Assembly: GCA_049521795.1 (NCBI GenBank)
Contig: JBEKOM010000007.1
Span: 1 to 64,000 of the forward strand
DNA from: Candidatus Bathyarchaeia archaeon
Lineage (GTDB): Archaea > Thermoproteota > Bathyarchaeia > Bathyarchaeales > Bathycorpusculaceae
Direction of reading: 5' to 3'
DNA: 64,000 bases
The notes under the pieces are model-generated. The model worked only from the letters and a program-made list of their open reading frames with translations, did no database searches and had not been told where the DNA came from. A program made the translations under genes and the position numbers. Below, in pieces: positions 17,588-28,171 of the stretch; positions within the stretch are counted from its first letter, which is position 1, and each line of letters begins with the position of its first letter.

Positions 17588-20500
17588 ATGAAAATTACTA
17601 AGAGAATCTTGAGTCTATCGGTTTTGTTTCTCTTGCTGGTTTCAACGTTCACAGTGATATCTAGATCCAACATAGCTGCGCGGCTGATGCCTGAAGCGAC
17701 GTTGACTGGCACCATTTTTGACCATGGTGTTGACACTAATGGCAACGGCCTGTTTGATTACTTAGAGGTCGATGTGGAAATCAACGTGACTGTTGCAGGA
17801 AACTTCCAGGTGACAGTTGACGGGCTTTCGGACCAGTTTGGTCACTACACGTACGTTTACAGTAGTAGCCAAGGCGACCTTGAGGCTGGCATTCAATATC
17901 TAAACGTGTCCCTGTTCGGTCCAACCATCTTCAACTCCGGCTTAAATCCCCAAAAAATCAGTTATATCCAATTGTACACCGGAAACTACTATCTAGACGG
18001 CACGGGCAATGTATACTTGTCGAGAGTGTACAACTCTTCTGAATTTGATCCCCCTGGTGCCCTCTTGACGGGAAACATTTCGGACATGGGCGTTGACACT
18101 GATGGCGACCACCTCTTCAACTATCTTCAAGTCGGAATAGAAATCAACGTGACGGGAGCCGGAGAATACCAGGTCAGCGTAGAGGGGTTGATGGAAAACA
18201 ACACCATGACGAATTTCTTGTACGATTACGAGTATAAAACGGAAAGCTTTACTGTCGGCGTTCACATGGTCTACCTGAATTTTTCAGGTCCAGAAATCGC
18301 TTCTAACCACTTCAACCCGACGCATGTTTACTACATAAACATTTACGATAGCTTAAACAACTATGTGACAAGTCACCTTGATTCTGCACCTCTTTCAATG
18401 CGGTACAACTACACACTTTTCAACGCACCCACAAGAGACATTCAAGTCAACTTCAACGTCTACCCAAACGCGACGGTCGCAGTGGACGGAGCATTCAACT
18501 TCACACACATGTACCCAGAGAACACGAACACGCCACAAGAAAACGCCACGATGGGCTTTTCAACGAGCGGAAACCTGACAACAGAAACATCCAGTGGAAC
18601 TATTGTTTTCCCAGACAACCCATCTTTCAACTACAGCGCGACTGAAGCACACCTCCGCTCATCATACGCGAACGGCGTCGAAAGCGCCACTGTTAACGGC
18701 TCAACGCTCTTGCCTGCGGATGTGGCTGGGATCTACCCGTACAACGCGACGGACGTTAATCTTACCGCTGCATACACTCACGGCTTGTTTGACGTGGGCA
18801 TCATAGGGACAACGGTGATGCCGCCCAGTTACGTCAGCTCCACTTTGGGCACTATTTACAGCACTGTTCTTCCACTTAACGTGTCCGACGTCACGGTTCG
18901 TGCAGATTTCGACGGAACAAACATCATAGGAAACATCACTTTCCACTCGATCGGAGGATTTCCACTTGCCGATGTCAGGTTGGACTTCAGCGGCAGCAGA
19001 AGCAGCCTCTCCTTCACAGGCAACGTCAACGTCACTTACATGAACTATAACGGTTATGAATTAAACGAAACCACAGTGGACCAAGAAGTCAGCCTGATCA
19101 ACAACCTAACTGGGCAAGGGTCTGGTTCCCTCTTCGACATGACTGGGGGCTACCTAGAATGCACGCAGCTGAGCGTCACCAAGATTCCGTGGTCAGACCC
19201 AACGCTTGGCGCAGACATCACGTTCAGCGCCACCGTAGACGGAAGCTTCACAGGAGCTATAGCCTACGTGATGTTTCCGACGGGACTTACAGATGATTAT
19301 CTGCAGAACTTGGCACACGCTTCCTTGGGGTCAGTAGCCTCTTCGGTTAGAAACGCCTCTTTGACACTCAACTATTATCATAGCTCAGGAATAGCACAGA
19401 TGGACGTGCATTTGACGAGTGATGTGCAAGGCCTGTACAACAGTCTTCTTCTCTCAGTGCCCCCCGCGATACCCAGTGTTTGGGCTTCATATAAAACGCA
19501 GATCGAAACCTGGCTTAAGATCGCGAACGCTACGGCCTACACGCTTACGGACGCAGGTTTGAACGCTTCCTACTCGAGCGCCGAAGGCAAAGCATCTCTG
19601 AACGCGTGGCTCACAGCCAATGCAAGCCAGCTCAAAAACGACATCCTTCCATTTCTACCAGACGCGGTACCAACAAGTATGCATGACCTCTTCGAATCCT
19701 TCTTCAACACCACCCCGTACCTCACCTTGTCTTCTTCAACTGAAACGCTTGATATGGTTAATGGAGTAGCGACCTTTGGTACAACCGAGACTCTTCAAGG
19801 CGATTTCGAAGCTGAACTGAACCGCGACAAGAGTCTCTTGCTGGAAGCAACGAGTTCCTCGTATCCAACGACATTGCCATGGGATCTTCGTCTGCTCAAC
19901 GAGACCGATATAAACATCAACAACTTCCAAGTAGAATTCAAACTTGGACAAGACTGGATGAGCGGGAGCTTCAACGGGCTGATTCTTAAACCTCAGGCCG
20001 ACAACATAGATTCCGTAAGGTTCGAACTCAAAAAGTGGCTGAACCTGACGAATGACGTGGGGGCGCCGCCGCTTGAATTTGATAGACTTTCAGTCACAGT
20101 GACGGGAGAGTCAAGTGCCAACCAGACGGTTCTGCTCAGCCAGCCATCCGACGTGCCGAACCCGGACAGCATATCCGGAGACTATAGGAGCATGGCCTGG
20201 AACAACGTCTCTCTCAGCAGTCTGCAAGACCTGATGTTTCTCGAAGCCTATCAAGAAAAAGTCAGTTACCTCGGAGGAACGTTCCCCATTCCGATATTCA
20301 CAAACTCTACAGTAACCAACTTTGGCTTTGACCCCAGCGCCAAGCAGATAACGTTCAACGTCACAGGAGCAGCGGGCACCCTAGGTTTCTGCAACGTGAC
20401 CATTCCAAGAAACCTGCTCAACGCAAGCGCACTCAGTGACTGGGTCATAGTGCTCGATGGAAAAACCTTAACTTCGGCAGAGTTCAACATAACACAAAAC

Positions 20501-20728
20501 GCGGATTACGTGTTCGTGTACCTAAACTACACCCACTCACAACACGAAATATCCATCATCGGCACCAAAGTACTCGCAGAGTTTCAACCAGACATTCTTT
20601 CGCTTGTCCTGGTAATCTCAACCCTCATCGCAGCAATATTAACCGTCAAACAAAGAAGAAAACTTGAACCCTTGAAAGCCAAATGCCGTCAGGCACTGAG
20701 CATGGTTTCGTCAAAGCCGAGCAGCTGA
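17588..20728 (+). CDS. Large secreted, heavily N-glycosylatable surface/S-layer-like protein with PEF-CTERM-like anchor
   Basis: Signal peptide, two D.G.DT.G..LF.YL repeats, many NxS/T sequons, C-terminal LAEFQP + TM + basic tail. Confidence 0.75.
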   Translation: MKITKRILSLSVLFLLLVSTFTVISRSNIAARLMPEATLTGTIFDHGVDTNGNGLFDYLEVDVEINVTVAGNFQVTVDGLSDQFGHYTYVYSSSQGDLEAGIQYLNVSLFGPTIFNSGLNPQKISYIQLYTGNYYLDGTGNVYLSRVYNSSEFDPPGALLTGNISDMGVDTDGDHLFNYLQVGIEINVTGAGEYQVSVEGLMENNTMTNFLYDYEYKTESFTVGVHMVYLNFSGPEIASNHFNPTHVYYINIYDSLNNYVTSHLDSAPLSMRYNYTLFNAPTRDIQVNFNVYPNATVAVDGAFNFTHMYPENTNTPQENATMGFSTSGNLTTETSSGTIVFPDNPSFNYSATEAHLRSSYANGVESATVNGSTLLPADVAGIYPYNATDVNLTAAYTHGLFDVGIIGTTVMPPSYVSSTLGTIYSTVLPLNVSDVTVRADFDGTNIIGNITFHSIGGFPLADVRLDFSGSRSSLSFTGNVNVTYMNYNGYELNETTVDQEVSLINNLTGQGSGSLFDMTGGYLECTQLSVTKIPWSDPTLGADITFSATVDGSFTGAIAYVMFPTGLTDDYLQNLAHASLGSVASSVRNASLTLNYYHSSGIAQMDVHLTSDVQGLYNSLLLSVPPAIPSVWASYKTQIETWLKIANATAYTLTDAGLNASYSSAEGKASLNAWLTANASQLKNDILPFLPDAVPTSMHDLFESFFNTTPYLTLSSSTETLDMVNGVATFGTTETLQGDFEAELNRDKSLLLEATSSSYPTTLPWDLRLLNETDININNFQVEFKLGQDWMSGSFNGLILKPQADNIDSVRFELKKWLNLTNDVGAPPLEFDRLSVTVTGESSANQTVLLSQPSDVPNPDSISGDYRSMAWNNVSLSSLQDLMFLEAYQEKVSYLGGTFPIPIFTNSTVTNFGFDPSAKQITFNVTGAAGTLGFCNVTIPRNLLNASALSDWVIVLDGKTLTSAEFNITQNADYVFVYLNYTHSQHEISIIGTKVLAEFQPDILSLVLVISTLIAAILTVKQRRKLEPLKAKCRQALSMVSSKPSS

Positions 20729-20850
20729 CTCTTCTCTTCCCTCTTTTTGTCGCGCATGAACCTTATCCGATGCGCTTGATGACAGCATAATTCTTCAGCG
20801 CGCTACGGGCTGATTGTAAATTTGTTCTCGTCTCAGCGTGCAACGAGTCA

Positions 20851-21408
20851 CTAGCATGCGTTTTGAGACTGTCGTCCGAGGAGATATGCGTGTTTTCCCG
20901 TTCCATTGATGGTTTGCGTTTCTCTAAGTTTCAGCGCTAACTCCTTGCGTTTGGGCTCGACGAATCCTGCTTTTCTGTAGATATTTACGCCGTGTTCAGA
21001 AGCGTGAAGATGCAAGTATCTTAGCCCTAGTGTTTTGGAGTCCTTTATCAATTCTTTCAGCAATCGTGTGCAAACTCCGCTTCTTCGCGCTTCAGGAATC
21101 GTGTACATGTTGAGAACGTATCCGAGTCTTCCTGTTTCAAGTCCTCCGTACCTTCCTGGCATTTGCCACACAACCATTCCGCCTGTTCCAACTGTTTTGC
21201 CTTCGCGTTCTGCCAGCCAAGCGATGAAACTGCCCGAGGGGATTGCTTCAGAAAAATATTGGCGAAAGGATTTTCTCAGAATTTTTGTCTCGTCATTTTC
21301 TTGATGACCGTAAAGCTCGTTCAGGAACCGTACGCGCATGTCGATCAAGGTTTGAATGTCGTTGACTGTGGCCCGTCGAAATGTTATCTTGCCGTTTTCA
21401 GTTTTCAT
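20851..21408 (-). CDS. GNAT acetyltransferase
   Basis: NMYTIPEARRSGV motif A, G..IYRKAGF. Confidence 0.88.
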   Translation of the reverse strand: MKTENGKITFRRATVNDIQTLIDMRVRFLNELYGHQENDETKILRKSFRQYFSEAIPSGSFIAWLAEREGKTVGTGGMVVWQMPGRYGGLETGRLGYVLNMYTIPEARRSGVCTRLLKELIKDSKTLGLRYLHLHASEHGVNIYRKAGFVEPKRKELALKLRETQTINGTGKHAYLLGRQSQNAC

Positions 21409-22184
21409 ACTTTTCTTTTCCTGCCTTGCTGACCAGCTAGGTTAGTGCTTGCCTGGGTTTCTAGGATTCTTGAGCATAACCGCTTCACCTTATCGGCAAG
21501 TGCCGTTTGGAGAAGCTTGTCTGGGTCGCCTATCGCAGCTTCAACGTCTGAATCGTAGGAAATCTCTTCAAGAAACTTCAAGCCCAGCTTCTGAGTTTCC
21601 TGCTGTATCGTCTTTGAGTCGTTCATCTTCATGTTTTCCACGACGCCCAAGACAGGAACTCTGAGCGCCTGCAACAGGGTAACAAGCTTCTTGACCGTTT
21701 CAAAAGCCAACCTTGAAGGAGTCGTGACTATCAAGAATTCTGTGTTCTTTATGAACCTGACCGCGTCGAGCGTTGCGTCGCCGATTCCGGGCGGCATGTC
21801 CAAAATGAGGTAGCTCAGCTTTCCCCATTTGGTCGTTGCTAGCAGTTCCACGAGTGCGTTTGAAACGTCTGCACCCCTCAGCGGAGTGGCCAGGTCACGT
21901 GAATAGTAAGTTATCGACATGTACTTCAAGCCGTGAACCCTAGGCGGAACAATGCCCTTCTTCTCTTTCGGCCGCTCGTCTCTTATGCCCAAAATCGCAT
22001 GGGTGGACGGACTTGTGAAATCCAAATCGAAAAGACCAACGCTGTAGCCCTTTCTTGCGAGGCTAAGAGCAAGCGTTGACGCGATCAGGCTCTTGCCAAC
22101 TCCGCCTTTTCCGCTCGACACGGCGATGATCCTGTCTATATCCTTCATCCTCTCGTCTATGATGCTGATTCGCGGGTCAGCCAT
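21405..22184 (-). CDS. hypB: Mrp/MinD-type ATPase, ATP-dependent HypB of the Thermococcales type
   Basis: SGKGGVGKS, DLDF, TPLRG, DMPPG, VVENM. Lacks the Mrp CxxC. Adjacent to hypA. Confidence 0.75.
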   Translation of the reverse strand: MADPRISIIDERMKDIDRIIAVSSGKGGVGKSLIASTLALSLARKGYSVGLFDLDFTSPSTHAILGIRDERPKEKKGIVPPRVHGLKYMSITYYSRDLATPLRGADVSNALVELLATTKWGKLSYLILDMPPGIGDATLDAVRFIKNTEFLIVTTPSRLAFETVKKLVTLLQALRVPVLGVVENMKMNDSKTIQQETQKLGLKFLEEISYDSDVEAAIGDPDKLLQTALADKVKRLCSRILETQASTNLAGQQGRKRKV

Positions 22185-22185
22185 T

Positions 22186-22584
22186 CTACTTCACTCCTCT
22201 GACTGTTTGAAGCCACACTCCGCGCCCCTGCTCTATCTGAAAGTCTGGGCTCGCACAGTTTGGACACTTAACGTACGTGTGCGCGATCTCGGGAACAAAG
22301 TGAATTGCCTCCAAAGTGGCTTGGTCCAGGTTTCTCTGTCGAAAAACCCACGTGTGACCGCACACTCGACACCTCAACCGTGCCTTCTCGGTCTCCACCT
22401 CGAATTTCGCTCTCTTAAATCTTGGAGTCTTGAGCTGTAACAGGGCAAATTCCAGTATGCCTCTCTCCACCTGCTGCAGCTCGCCGACCCTTATCGTCAC
22501 CAGCGTGACCTGCTTAAGCCCCTCCCTCTCTGCCACCTCAGAGGCCGCCTTGATCACAGCTTCGGCCAACGCCCATTCATGCAT
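22186..22584 (-). CDS. hypA: Hydrogenase nickel incorporation protein HypA
   Basis: MHEWALA, GELQQ, CRVC...CPNC. Confidence 0.93.
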   Translation of the reverse strand: MHEWALAEAVIKAASEVAEREGLKQVTLVTIRVGELQQVERGILEFALLQLKTPRFKRAKFEVETEKARLRCRVCGHTWVFRQRNLDQATLEAIHFVPEIAHTYVKCPNCASPDFQIEQGRGVWLQTVRGVK

Positions 22585-22703
22585 AGAAGAGCCTTCACTG
22601 AAGGCTGATTTAAGAGTGTTGTAACCTGAAAAGCCCGCGAGCATACGCTCAAGCCGCTTTGAGATCAGATCAAATATATAGCCCAGGGTTTGAATGAGCC
22701 TCC

Positions 22704-23093
22704 ATGCGCAGGGAACGAAATGTTCCGGACAAGTCTTCTGAGCTCGAGTTCAGAGCATCAGTAGTGCGGCTGATCTTGAACGGGAAGGCTGAGGAAGCCT
22801 TGGGACAGCTTGCGGAACAGTACAACACCGATTTACCTCGGATAAGAGTGGGCCTACCTAGCCGCCACAGAAAAAACACTCTCGGCTGCTACACTGCAAA
22901 GAATCAGATTATAAGCGTTCTGAACAGTGACATGCTTAAAGAACCAGCTGTGATCTTGCACGAGTTTTATCATCATCTACGCACATCGATAGACAAGAAA
23001 CACAGGGGAACAGAAAAGTACGCAGGAGAATTCGCTAAAGAGTTCATAGAAGCTTACATGTCCTCCAACGCGGACAAGAGTCAGCGTGGATGA
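22704..23093 (+). CDS. Small zincin-like protein (HExxH)
   Basis: LGCY...VILHEFYHHL. Confidence 0.7.
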   Translation: MRRERNVPDKSSELEFRASVVRLILNGKAEEALGQLAEQYNTDLPRIRVGLPSRHRKNTLGCYTAKNQIISVLNSDMLKEPAVILHEFYHHLRTSIDKKHRGTEKYAGEFAKEFIEAYMSSNADKSQRG

Positions 23094-23326
23094 AGAGTGC
23101 TCAGAAAAAACGAGGCGTAACCTAAAGATATTTGGCGCATTGTTTGTGATGATGGGCTAGGGTCAGCGACTTGTCGCCGCAACGTGCACTAATGTCCGGC
23201 GCGCCACATACGAATATCTTGAAAAGCGCGATCACCATCATAACGGGGCGCAGCAGCATCTGACCTTAGAAAAGCTTTTCAGCGAAACCTGCGGGAATAA
23301 CATGCAATGAATTGAGGCTGCACACA

Positions 23327-23569
23327 ATGGATTTGGAGAAGGGTTTCCTAGGCGGTTTCCTCGTGCTAGGATTCGGCCTGTTCATCGTGGGTTTTCTCAC
23401 AGGAATGCTGGCTCTCGCCGTCTTGAACGTGACGCCTGACTTTGCAACGTTAGGATTCTTGATCTTCGCGGTCGGCTTCATCGTTGGAATGTTGACTATC
23501 GCGTTGACGCTCGTGGTCGTAAAGCTGACTAGAGCTTCACGTAACGTTGCTGATCACGATCGTTCTTGA
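23327..23569 (+). CDS. Small two-TM membrane protein
   Basis: Two hydrophobic helices, GAGG SD. Confidence 0.65.
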   Translation: MDLEKGFLGGFLVLGFGLFIVGFLTGMLALAVLNVTPDFATLGFLIFAVGFIVGMLTIALTLVVVKLTRASRNVADHDRS

Positions 23570-23662
23570 ACACTTTAAGCAACGGTCGACAAGAGTCTGA
23601 GTTAATATTAAAAACTAATTAGTCGGTAAAACCCTTTAGCAAAGCAACTGCCGAGTGGAAAG

Positions 23663-24142
23663 ATGAAAGGCAAAGTTGTCGTAATCATGGGTTCTGAACG
23701 GGACTTGGAGTTCTGCCGCGAAATCGGCAAGTTTCTCAAGGCCCTGGAACTGAACTTCTCGTTCCGCGTCGCTTCGGCTCACAAGACGCCGGAAAAAGTC
23801 TTGAAGACACTGAAAGAGTACGAGAAAGAAAGAGTCGTCTATATCACCGTCGCGGGAAGGTCCAACGCCCTCAGCGCCTTCGTCGACGCGAACACCACAA
23901 AGCCCGTTATCGCCTGTCCGCCGTACTCGGAAAAGTTCAGCGGCGTGGACATCTACTCGTCGCTGAGAGTTCCCAGCGGAGTGGCCTCTCTGGTGACGCT
24001 TGAGCCTGAAGGAGCCGCCATCGCCGCCGCCAAGATCCTCGCAGTTGAAGATCAGCAGCTGGAAAAGCGCGTGGAAGCCTATCAGCTGGCAAAGAAACGA
24101 GAAGTCGAAGAGGCTGACGAAAAGGTCAGTAGACTAAAGTAG
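23663..24142 (+). CDS. purE: AIR carboxylase PurE (class II-like signature)
   Basis: IMGSERD, SAHKTP, VAGRSNAL, PVIACPP. Confidence 0.92.
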   Translation: MKGKVVVIMGSERDLEFCREIGKFLKALELNFSFRVASAHKTPEKVLKTLKEYEKERVVYITVAGRSNALSAFVDANTTKPVIACPPYSEKFSGVDIYSSLRVPSGVASLVTLEPEGAAIAAAKILAVEDQQLEKRVEAYQLAKKREVEEADEKVSRLK

Positions 24143-24151
24143 TGCAGAAAG

Positions 24152-25207
24152 ATGGGCAGCGTAAAGGATTTAGAAACTATCAGAGAACCGACCCGGGACA
24201 GCATGGGGGTCGGGCATTTCATTTTCTCAGACAGGTACTCAGTCTTCGACTGGGGTGCGATGCCGGACCGTATCGACGGGAAAGGAGCAGCCCTATGTCT
24301 CATGGGAGCCTACTGTTTCGAAAGACTAGAGGAAAAGGGCATGAGGACTCATTATCGCGGCCTAATCGCTGACGACGGAAAAGTCGTAAAGCTCAAGGAG
24401 CTTAAGAGGCCTGCGAACACGATGGAGATAGAGTTGGTCAACGTGTACAAGCCAGACGCGCGGGTCAAGGATGGAAAACTACGCTACGACTACAGCCGGT
24501 ACACGGCGAGCCTCAAGAACTACCTGATCCCGCTTGAAATCATTTACCGAAACGGGCTCCCCGAAGGCTCCTCCGTGTTCAAACGGCTGGAGCAGGGCCA
24601 AATCACCGCTGAAGAGCTCGGACTGACTCGCTGCCCAAAACCCGGCGATAGGCTGTCGAAGCCGATTTTCGACGTGAGCACCAAGCTTGAAGAAAAGGAC
24701 CGTTACCTGCCGTGGAAGGAAGCGCAGGAAATCGCGGGTCTGACGGACGGGGAAGTAAGCGAAGTCAAGGACCTGCTCTTGAGGGTTAACAGATTGATTA
24801 CTCAGATCGCGTTGAGGGCTGAATTGGAGAACGAGGATGGTAAGATAGAGTTGGCCTTCAACCCTGAAAGAAGGCTCATGGTCGTCGATGTCGTGGGCAC
24901 GCTTGACGAGTGCAGGTTCACTTACGAAGGGCTTCATGTGAGCAAGGAGATCGCGAGGCAGTTCTACCGGAAGACAAGCTGGTTCAGAGACGTTGAGGAA
25001 GCGAAGAAAAGGGCTGAGGCTGAAGGAGTTGAAGACTGGAAGGCGCTGTGCAAGTCTAGCCCGCCTAAGCTGGACCCGGCGTTGAAGGGGATGATCGGGG
25101 AGATGTACATGGCGGTTTCAAACGAGGTGACGGAGCGGAGGATGTTCGATGTTCCAAGTCTTGCGGAAACGGTGAAAAAGTACAGGGATTACGTGGGCCG
25201 GACTTAG
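24152..25207 (+). CDS. purC: SAICAR synthetase PurC
   Basis: MGSVKD, FSDRYSVFDWG, IPLEIIYRN, STKLE, DGKIE, GTLDECRF. Confidence 0.93.
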   Translation: MGSVKDLETIREPTRDSMGVGHFIFSDRYSVFDWGAMPDRIDGKGAALCLMGAYCFERLEEKGMRTHYRGLIADDGKVVKLKELKRPANTMEIELVNVYKPDARVKDGKLRYDYSRYTASLKNYLIPLEIIYRNGLPEGSSVFKRLEQGQITAEELGLTRCPKPGDRLSKPIFDVSTKLEEKDRYLPWKEAQEIAGLTDGEVSEVKDLLLRVNRLITQIALRAELENEDGKIELAFNPERRLMVVDVVGTLDECRFTYEGLHVSKEIARQFYRKTSWFRDVEEAKKRAEAEGVEDWKALCKSSPPKLDPALKGMIGEMYMAVSNEVTERRMFDVPSLAETVKKYRDYVGRT

Positions 25208-26637
25208 GTTACGAGCTCGTGCAGTTGGCCCTTCTTTAAGGCTCTCTTCATTTCCAGGGCTATGCGGTCGCCGGTGCTCAGGCGCTTCATGTACTTCGCG
25301 TTGGCGTACTGTGAGCCCAACCCCATGTGCACGTTGGTTCCTCCCCCGTGTCTCAGGGCAACGTCCTGCGTTACTGGAATGTGCATGTACGGGTCCTTCT
25401 CGCCGTGGATGTCGTAGAGACCGTAGTCCGTCGTCTTCTTCGCCTCAGCGCCGCCGGTGAAGTCCAGTTTAGCCGTGGGCTTCAGCTCGTACTTTGAAAC
25501 TCTGTCCCACGTGATCAGGGTCTGCAGGCACCATGCTCCGATTATTCCTGGGCTCGCGTGTTCTCTGCAGGCAAGCAAGAATCGGTCCGCGTAGCGGTGC
25601 AGGTCCTTCAGCAAGGATTCTCTGAGGCTCAGGATAGCGTGCGCCGTGACCTCGAAAGATGGAACCCTCTTTATCTTCTCCTGAACGTCGGTGGGCAGCC
25701 TCTTGAGCCCGTCGAGAATTGTTTCTCTGCGCTCGTCTATCGAGAGGAACTGGTTGGCCAGGCAGATGCGGGCTTCTTCCATGCTCACGTTGTAGAGCTT
25801 CGCGAACCAGTCGTCAACGTCTCCCCACTCGCTCTTCGCGTCCAGCGGCGAGAAGAAAAAGTTGAAGTTCGCGTGGGGTCCGAGAACGATCTGCTCAACG
25901 CGGCCGTTCTCCATGGCCTCTTTGCTGAGGTTTCCAGCCTTGACTTCTCTCGCAACCTTCTCTTCCAAATCGTTCGAGTCAGAGGCGAAGATGAACTCTC
26001 GTTCGAAGGCTCGATGCGCGTGTTCAGCCTTGAGGATCATCGGTTCGTCAACAGGCTCCTTGAACTTTAATCCGCTTTTCTGCACTTGGTAACGATAAGA
26101 CTTAGGAGTTGGAATGCCGGCCTTTTCTGCAAACCAGTAGTAGTCCTTCTCGATTTCCCCCCTGTTCTCTATCTTCAGGAGGTTTCTCGAGCCGAGTATC
26201 GGCACGCCGTACTTGTTCTCGATCACGCTGCACCGCTCGTCTCCGCCCACGTAGACGGCGAAGGCCCTGTTAGTGATCTGCATGCACTCGAGGTCGACGA
26301 GCTCGTCGACGTACTTGACTATGTCAGAGTACTCGTCAAGTATGAGTATGACGCTTCTCCAGTCTCCGTTCTTCTTTATGTCCTTAGGGTCGTTGACGAC
26401 GCGCAAGTCACGCTTCACCAGGCCCGGCAGGTCTTCAACGGTCTCATCCGGCCTGCCGACCATGGGGTTCTGAAGGTAAATTCGCGCCCTTACAGGCGTC
26501 GTGTAAATTATGCTCCTCAAGCCGTAGTTGCGCTGGCCCTGCCAAGCGTCCAAAGCAGAATGGGACCCAAGGTTCAGCCCAACGGGCTCCCTGTACCTTC
26601 TAACTATCTCCTGCATCTCCTCTCTCTTTATGACCAT
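25204..26637 (-). CDS. purP: PurP-like ATP-grasp (DUF1246/DUF1297) FAICAR synthetase
   Basis: GSHSALD, SIDERRET, SLRESLL, PGIIGAWCLQ, RHGGGTN, STGDRIALE. Confidence 0.85.
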   Translation of the reverse strand: MVIKREEMQEIVRRYREPVGLNLGSHSALDAWQGQRNYGLRSIIYTTPVRARIYLQNPMVGRPDETVEDLPGLVKRDLRVVNDPKDIKKNGDWRSVILILDEYSDIVKYVDELVDLECMQITNRAFAVYVGGDERCSVIENKYGVPILGSRNLLKIENRGEIEKDYYWFAEKAGIPTPKSYRYQVQKSGLKFKEPVDEPMILKAEHAHRAFEREFIFASDSNDLEEKVAREVKAGNLSKEAMENGRVEQIVLGPHANFNFFFSPLDAKSEWGDVDDWFAKLYNVSMEEARICLANQFLSIDERRETILDGLKRLPTDVQEKIKRVPSFEVTAHAILSLRESLLKDLHRYADRFLLACREHASPGIIGAWCLQTLITWDRVSKYELKPTAKLDFTGGAEAKKTTDYGLYDIHGEKDPYMHIPVTQDVALRHGGGTNVHMGLGSQYANAKYMKRLSTGDRIALEMKRALKKGQLHELVT

Positions 26638-26838
26638 GAATTTCACCGTTACAGGTAGCAAGTTAGCTGTCAATCACATTTTAAATCTTTTCACAAAAGA
26701 CTGCAAAACCGTTGAAGGGCATGAAAGAACCGCAAAGTCCGCGTTAAACAGGTTTTTTCTAGAGATTTCTTCTATCTTATTCTTACATACGTGGTTATAA
26801 GAGATGAAAACGGCTTAATCATTTGCGGAGAAGGGAGA

Positions 26839-27024
26839 ATGGCCGAGTCTTGCGGCTGGGTTTTCGTTGACAACGTGCCCCTGCTGTACGACAAGACAAG
26901 AGTTGCGAGGCAGCTTCAGGTCGAAACCTGGCTAGAGCTTTCGCGGCTCGTGAAAGAGTTGAAGATGCTGGACCTAGAACACAACAAGTTGGGGGCACAG
27001 TCAACAGCAGGCTACATCGCCTAG
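26839..27024 (+). CDS. Small hypothetical protein
   Basis: GGGAG SD, 61 aa, convergent overlap with the kinase stop. Confidence 0.45.
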   Translation: MAESCGWVFVDNVPLLYDKTRVARQLQVETWLELSRLVKELKMLDLEHNKLGAQSTAGYIA

Positions 27025-27767
27025 AGGCCGCAGGACTCTAACACTTTCTCGAAATTCTCTCGGTCCACGTCCTTCTTGTAGTCTCTAAGCGCGCTGATCA
27101 CGGTCTTCCTGTTTCTATCGCCGAGTCTCTCAGCCACTTCATGCGAGAGCTCGCAGATGAACAAGAACTGGCAGATCGAGGTGACGTTGGACCGCCTTCG
27201 GTTCACGCTGGCCGACTCAAAATCAACAATGAACGCGCTGTCCTCCGCAGTCACGATCACGTGTTTCGGCGCATGGCTCAGTTCACCATGGTCCAAACCG
27301 GCCATGTCCAGCCTCCAACACTGTTCCAACACGTCGCGCAGAACCCTCCTTATCCGTGTCCTGCCAACCTTCTCTTCAAGCCAGTTTGGAAGCAATTCAC
27401 CCTCAACGAACTGCATCACGAGAAAGTCCTTGGTGACCCCCAAGAGTCTGGGCCCTACGCCCACCACGTTTGCCTCCGTGAGCAGTTCGCCTTCCCGTCG
27501 CATACTCGCTCTGTCAGCGTCCGTCCTCCTAATTTTCAGCGCCACCTTCTCACCGTCTTTGTGCGCAATGGTTACTAAGCCAACACAGCCCTTGCCCAGC
27601 ACGTGCACGTTGAGAACCTGCTTCTTCCCCGTGAACTCTAGGGCGACTATTCCCAGTTTTCTCAGCTCAACCAGACGCTTCCTCAGCTCCGCCTTGGCTA
27701 CCAAGGGATAGCACACTATCGACGCGTAGGGTTCTTCGATCAGCCTCTCGGTAGTTACTACTACCAT
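27021..27767 (-). CDS. RIO/Bud32-like Ser/Thr protein kinase
   Basis: LGKGCVG, VALKIRR, DHGELS, IVDFESA. Confidence 0.88.
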   Translation of the reverse strand: MVVVTTERLIEEPYASIVCYPLVAKAELRKRLVELRKLGIVALEFTGKKQVLNVHVLGKGCVGLVTIAHKDGEKVALKIRRTDADRASMRREGELLTEANVVGVGPRLLGVTKDFLVMQFVEGELLPNWLEEKVGRTRIRRVLRDVLEQCWRLDMAGLDHGELSHAPKHVIVTAEDSAFIVDFESASVNRRRSNVTSICQFLFICELSHEVAERLGDRNRKTVISALRDYKKDVDRENFEKVLESCGL

Positions 27768-27868
27768 CGCTATCCGTGCCTTTTTCCTTTTCAGCTTCGA
27801 TTTCGCTTCTCCCAAGTGCGATTTAAGTCTTGTTTGGTTGCGCGCACGCAAGAAAAGAAAAGAGGGAA

Positions 27869-28171
27869 CTATTTTTTAAGTTCGACAACTAAGAGGTCTA
27901 AATCGGTTTTCCCTGTGTTCTCAGCTTCGTGAGATTGAGCCTTAAGGAAAATTGCCTGACCAGTCTTCAAGTCTAATACATCTGTTTTTCCTGAAGATGT
28001 CAGCTTTGCCTTGCCACCTTTGAGAACATATACCACATGGTCTGGATGGTTATGCATTATCGCCTTGTCGCCTGGCTTAAACAGGGCTTCAAGTACACGC
28101 ACACGGTCGTTTTCCATTATGAACTTGTAGACGTTTTTGGCCACTTTAATTGGGTCTTGCGCTTTTTCCGT
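27869..28171 (-). CDS. Cupin domain protein, apparent ACG start
   Basis: ENDRVRV, MHNHPDHV, HEAENTG. GGAGGTG SD precedes ACG at 28171. Confidence 0.85.
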   Translation of the reverse strand, partial: TEKAQDPIKVAKNVYKFIMENDRVRVLEALFKPGDKAIMHNHPDHVVYVLKGGKAKLTSSGKTDVLDLKTGQAIFLKAQSHEAENTGKTDLDLLVVELKK

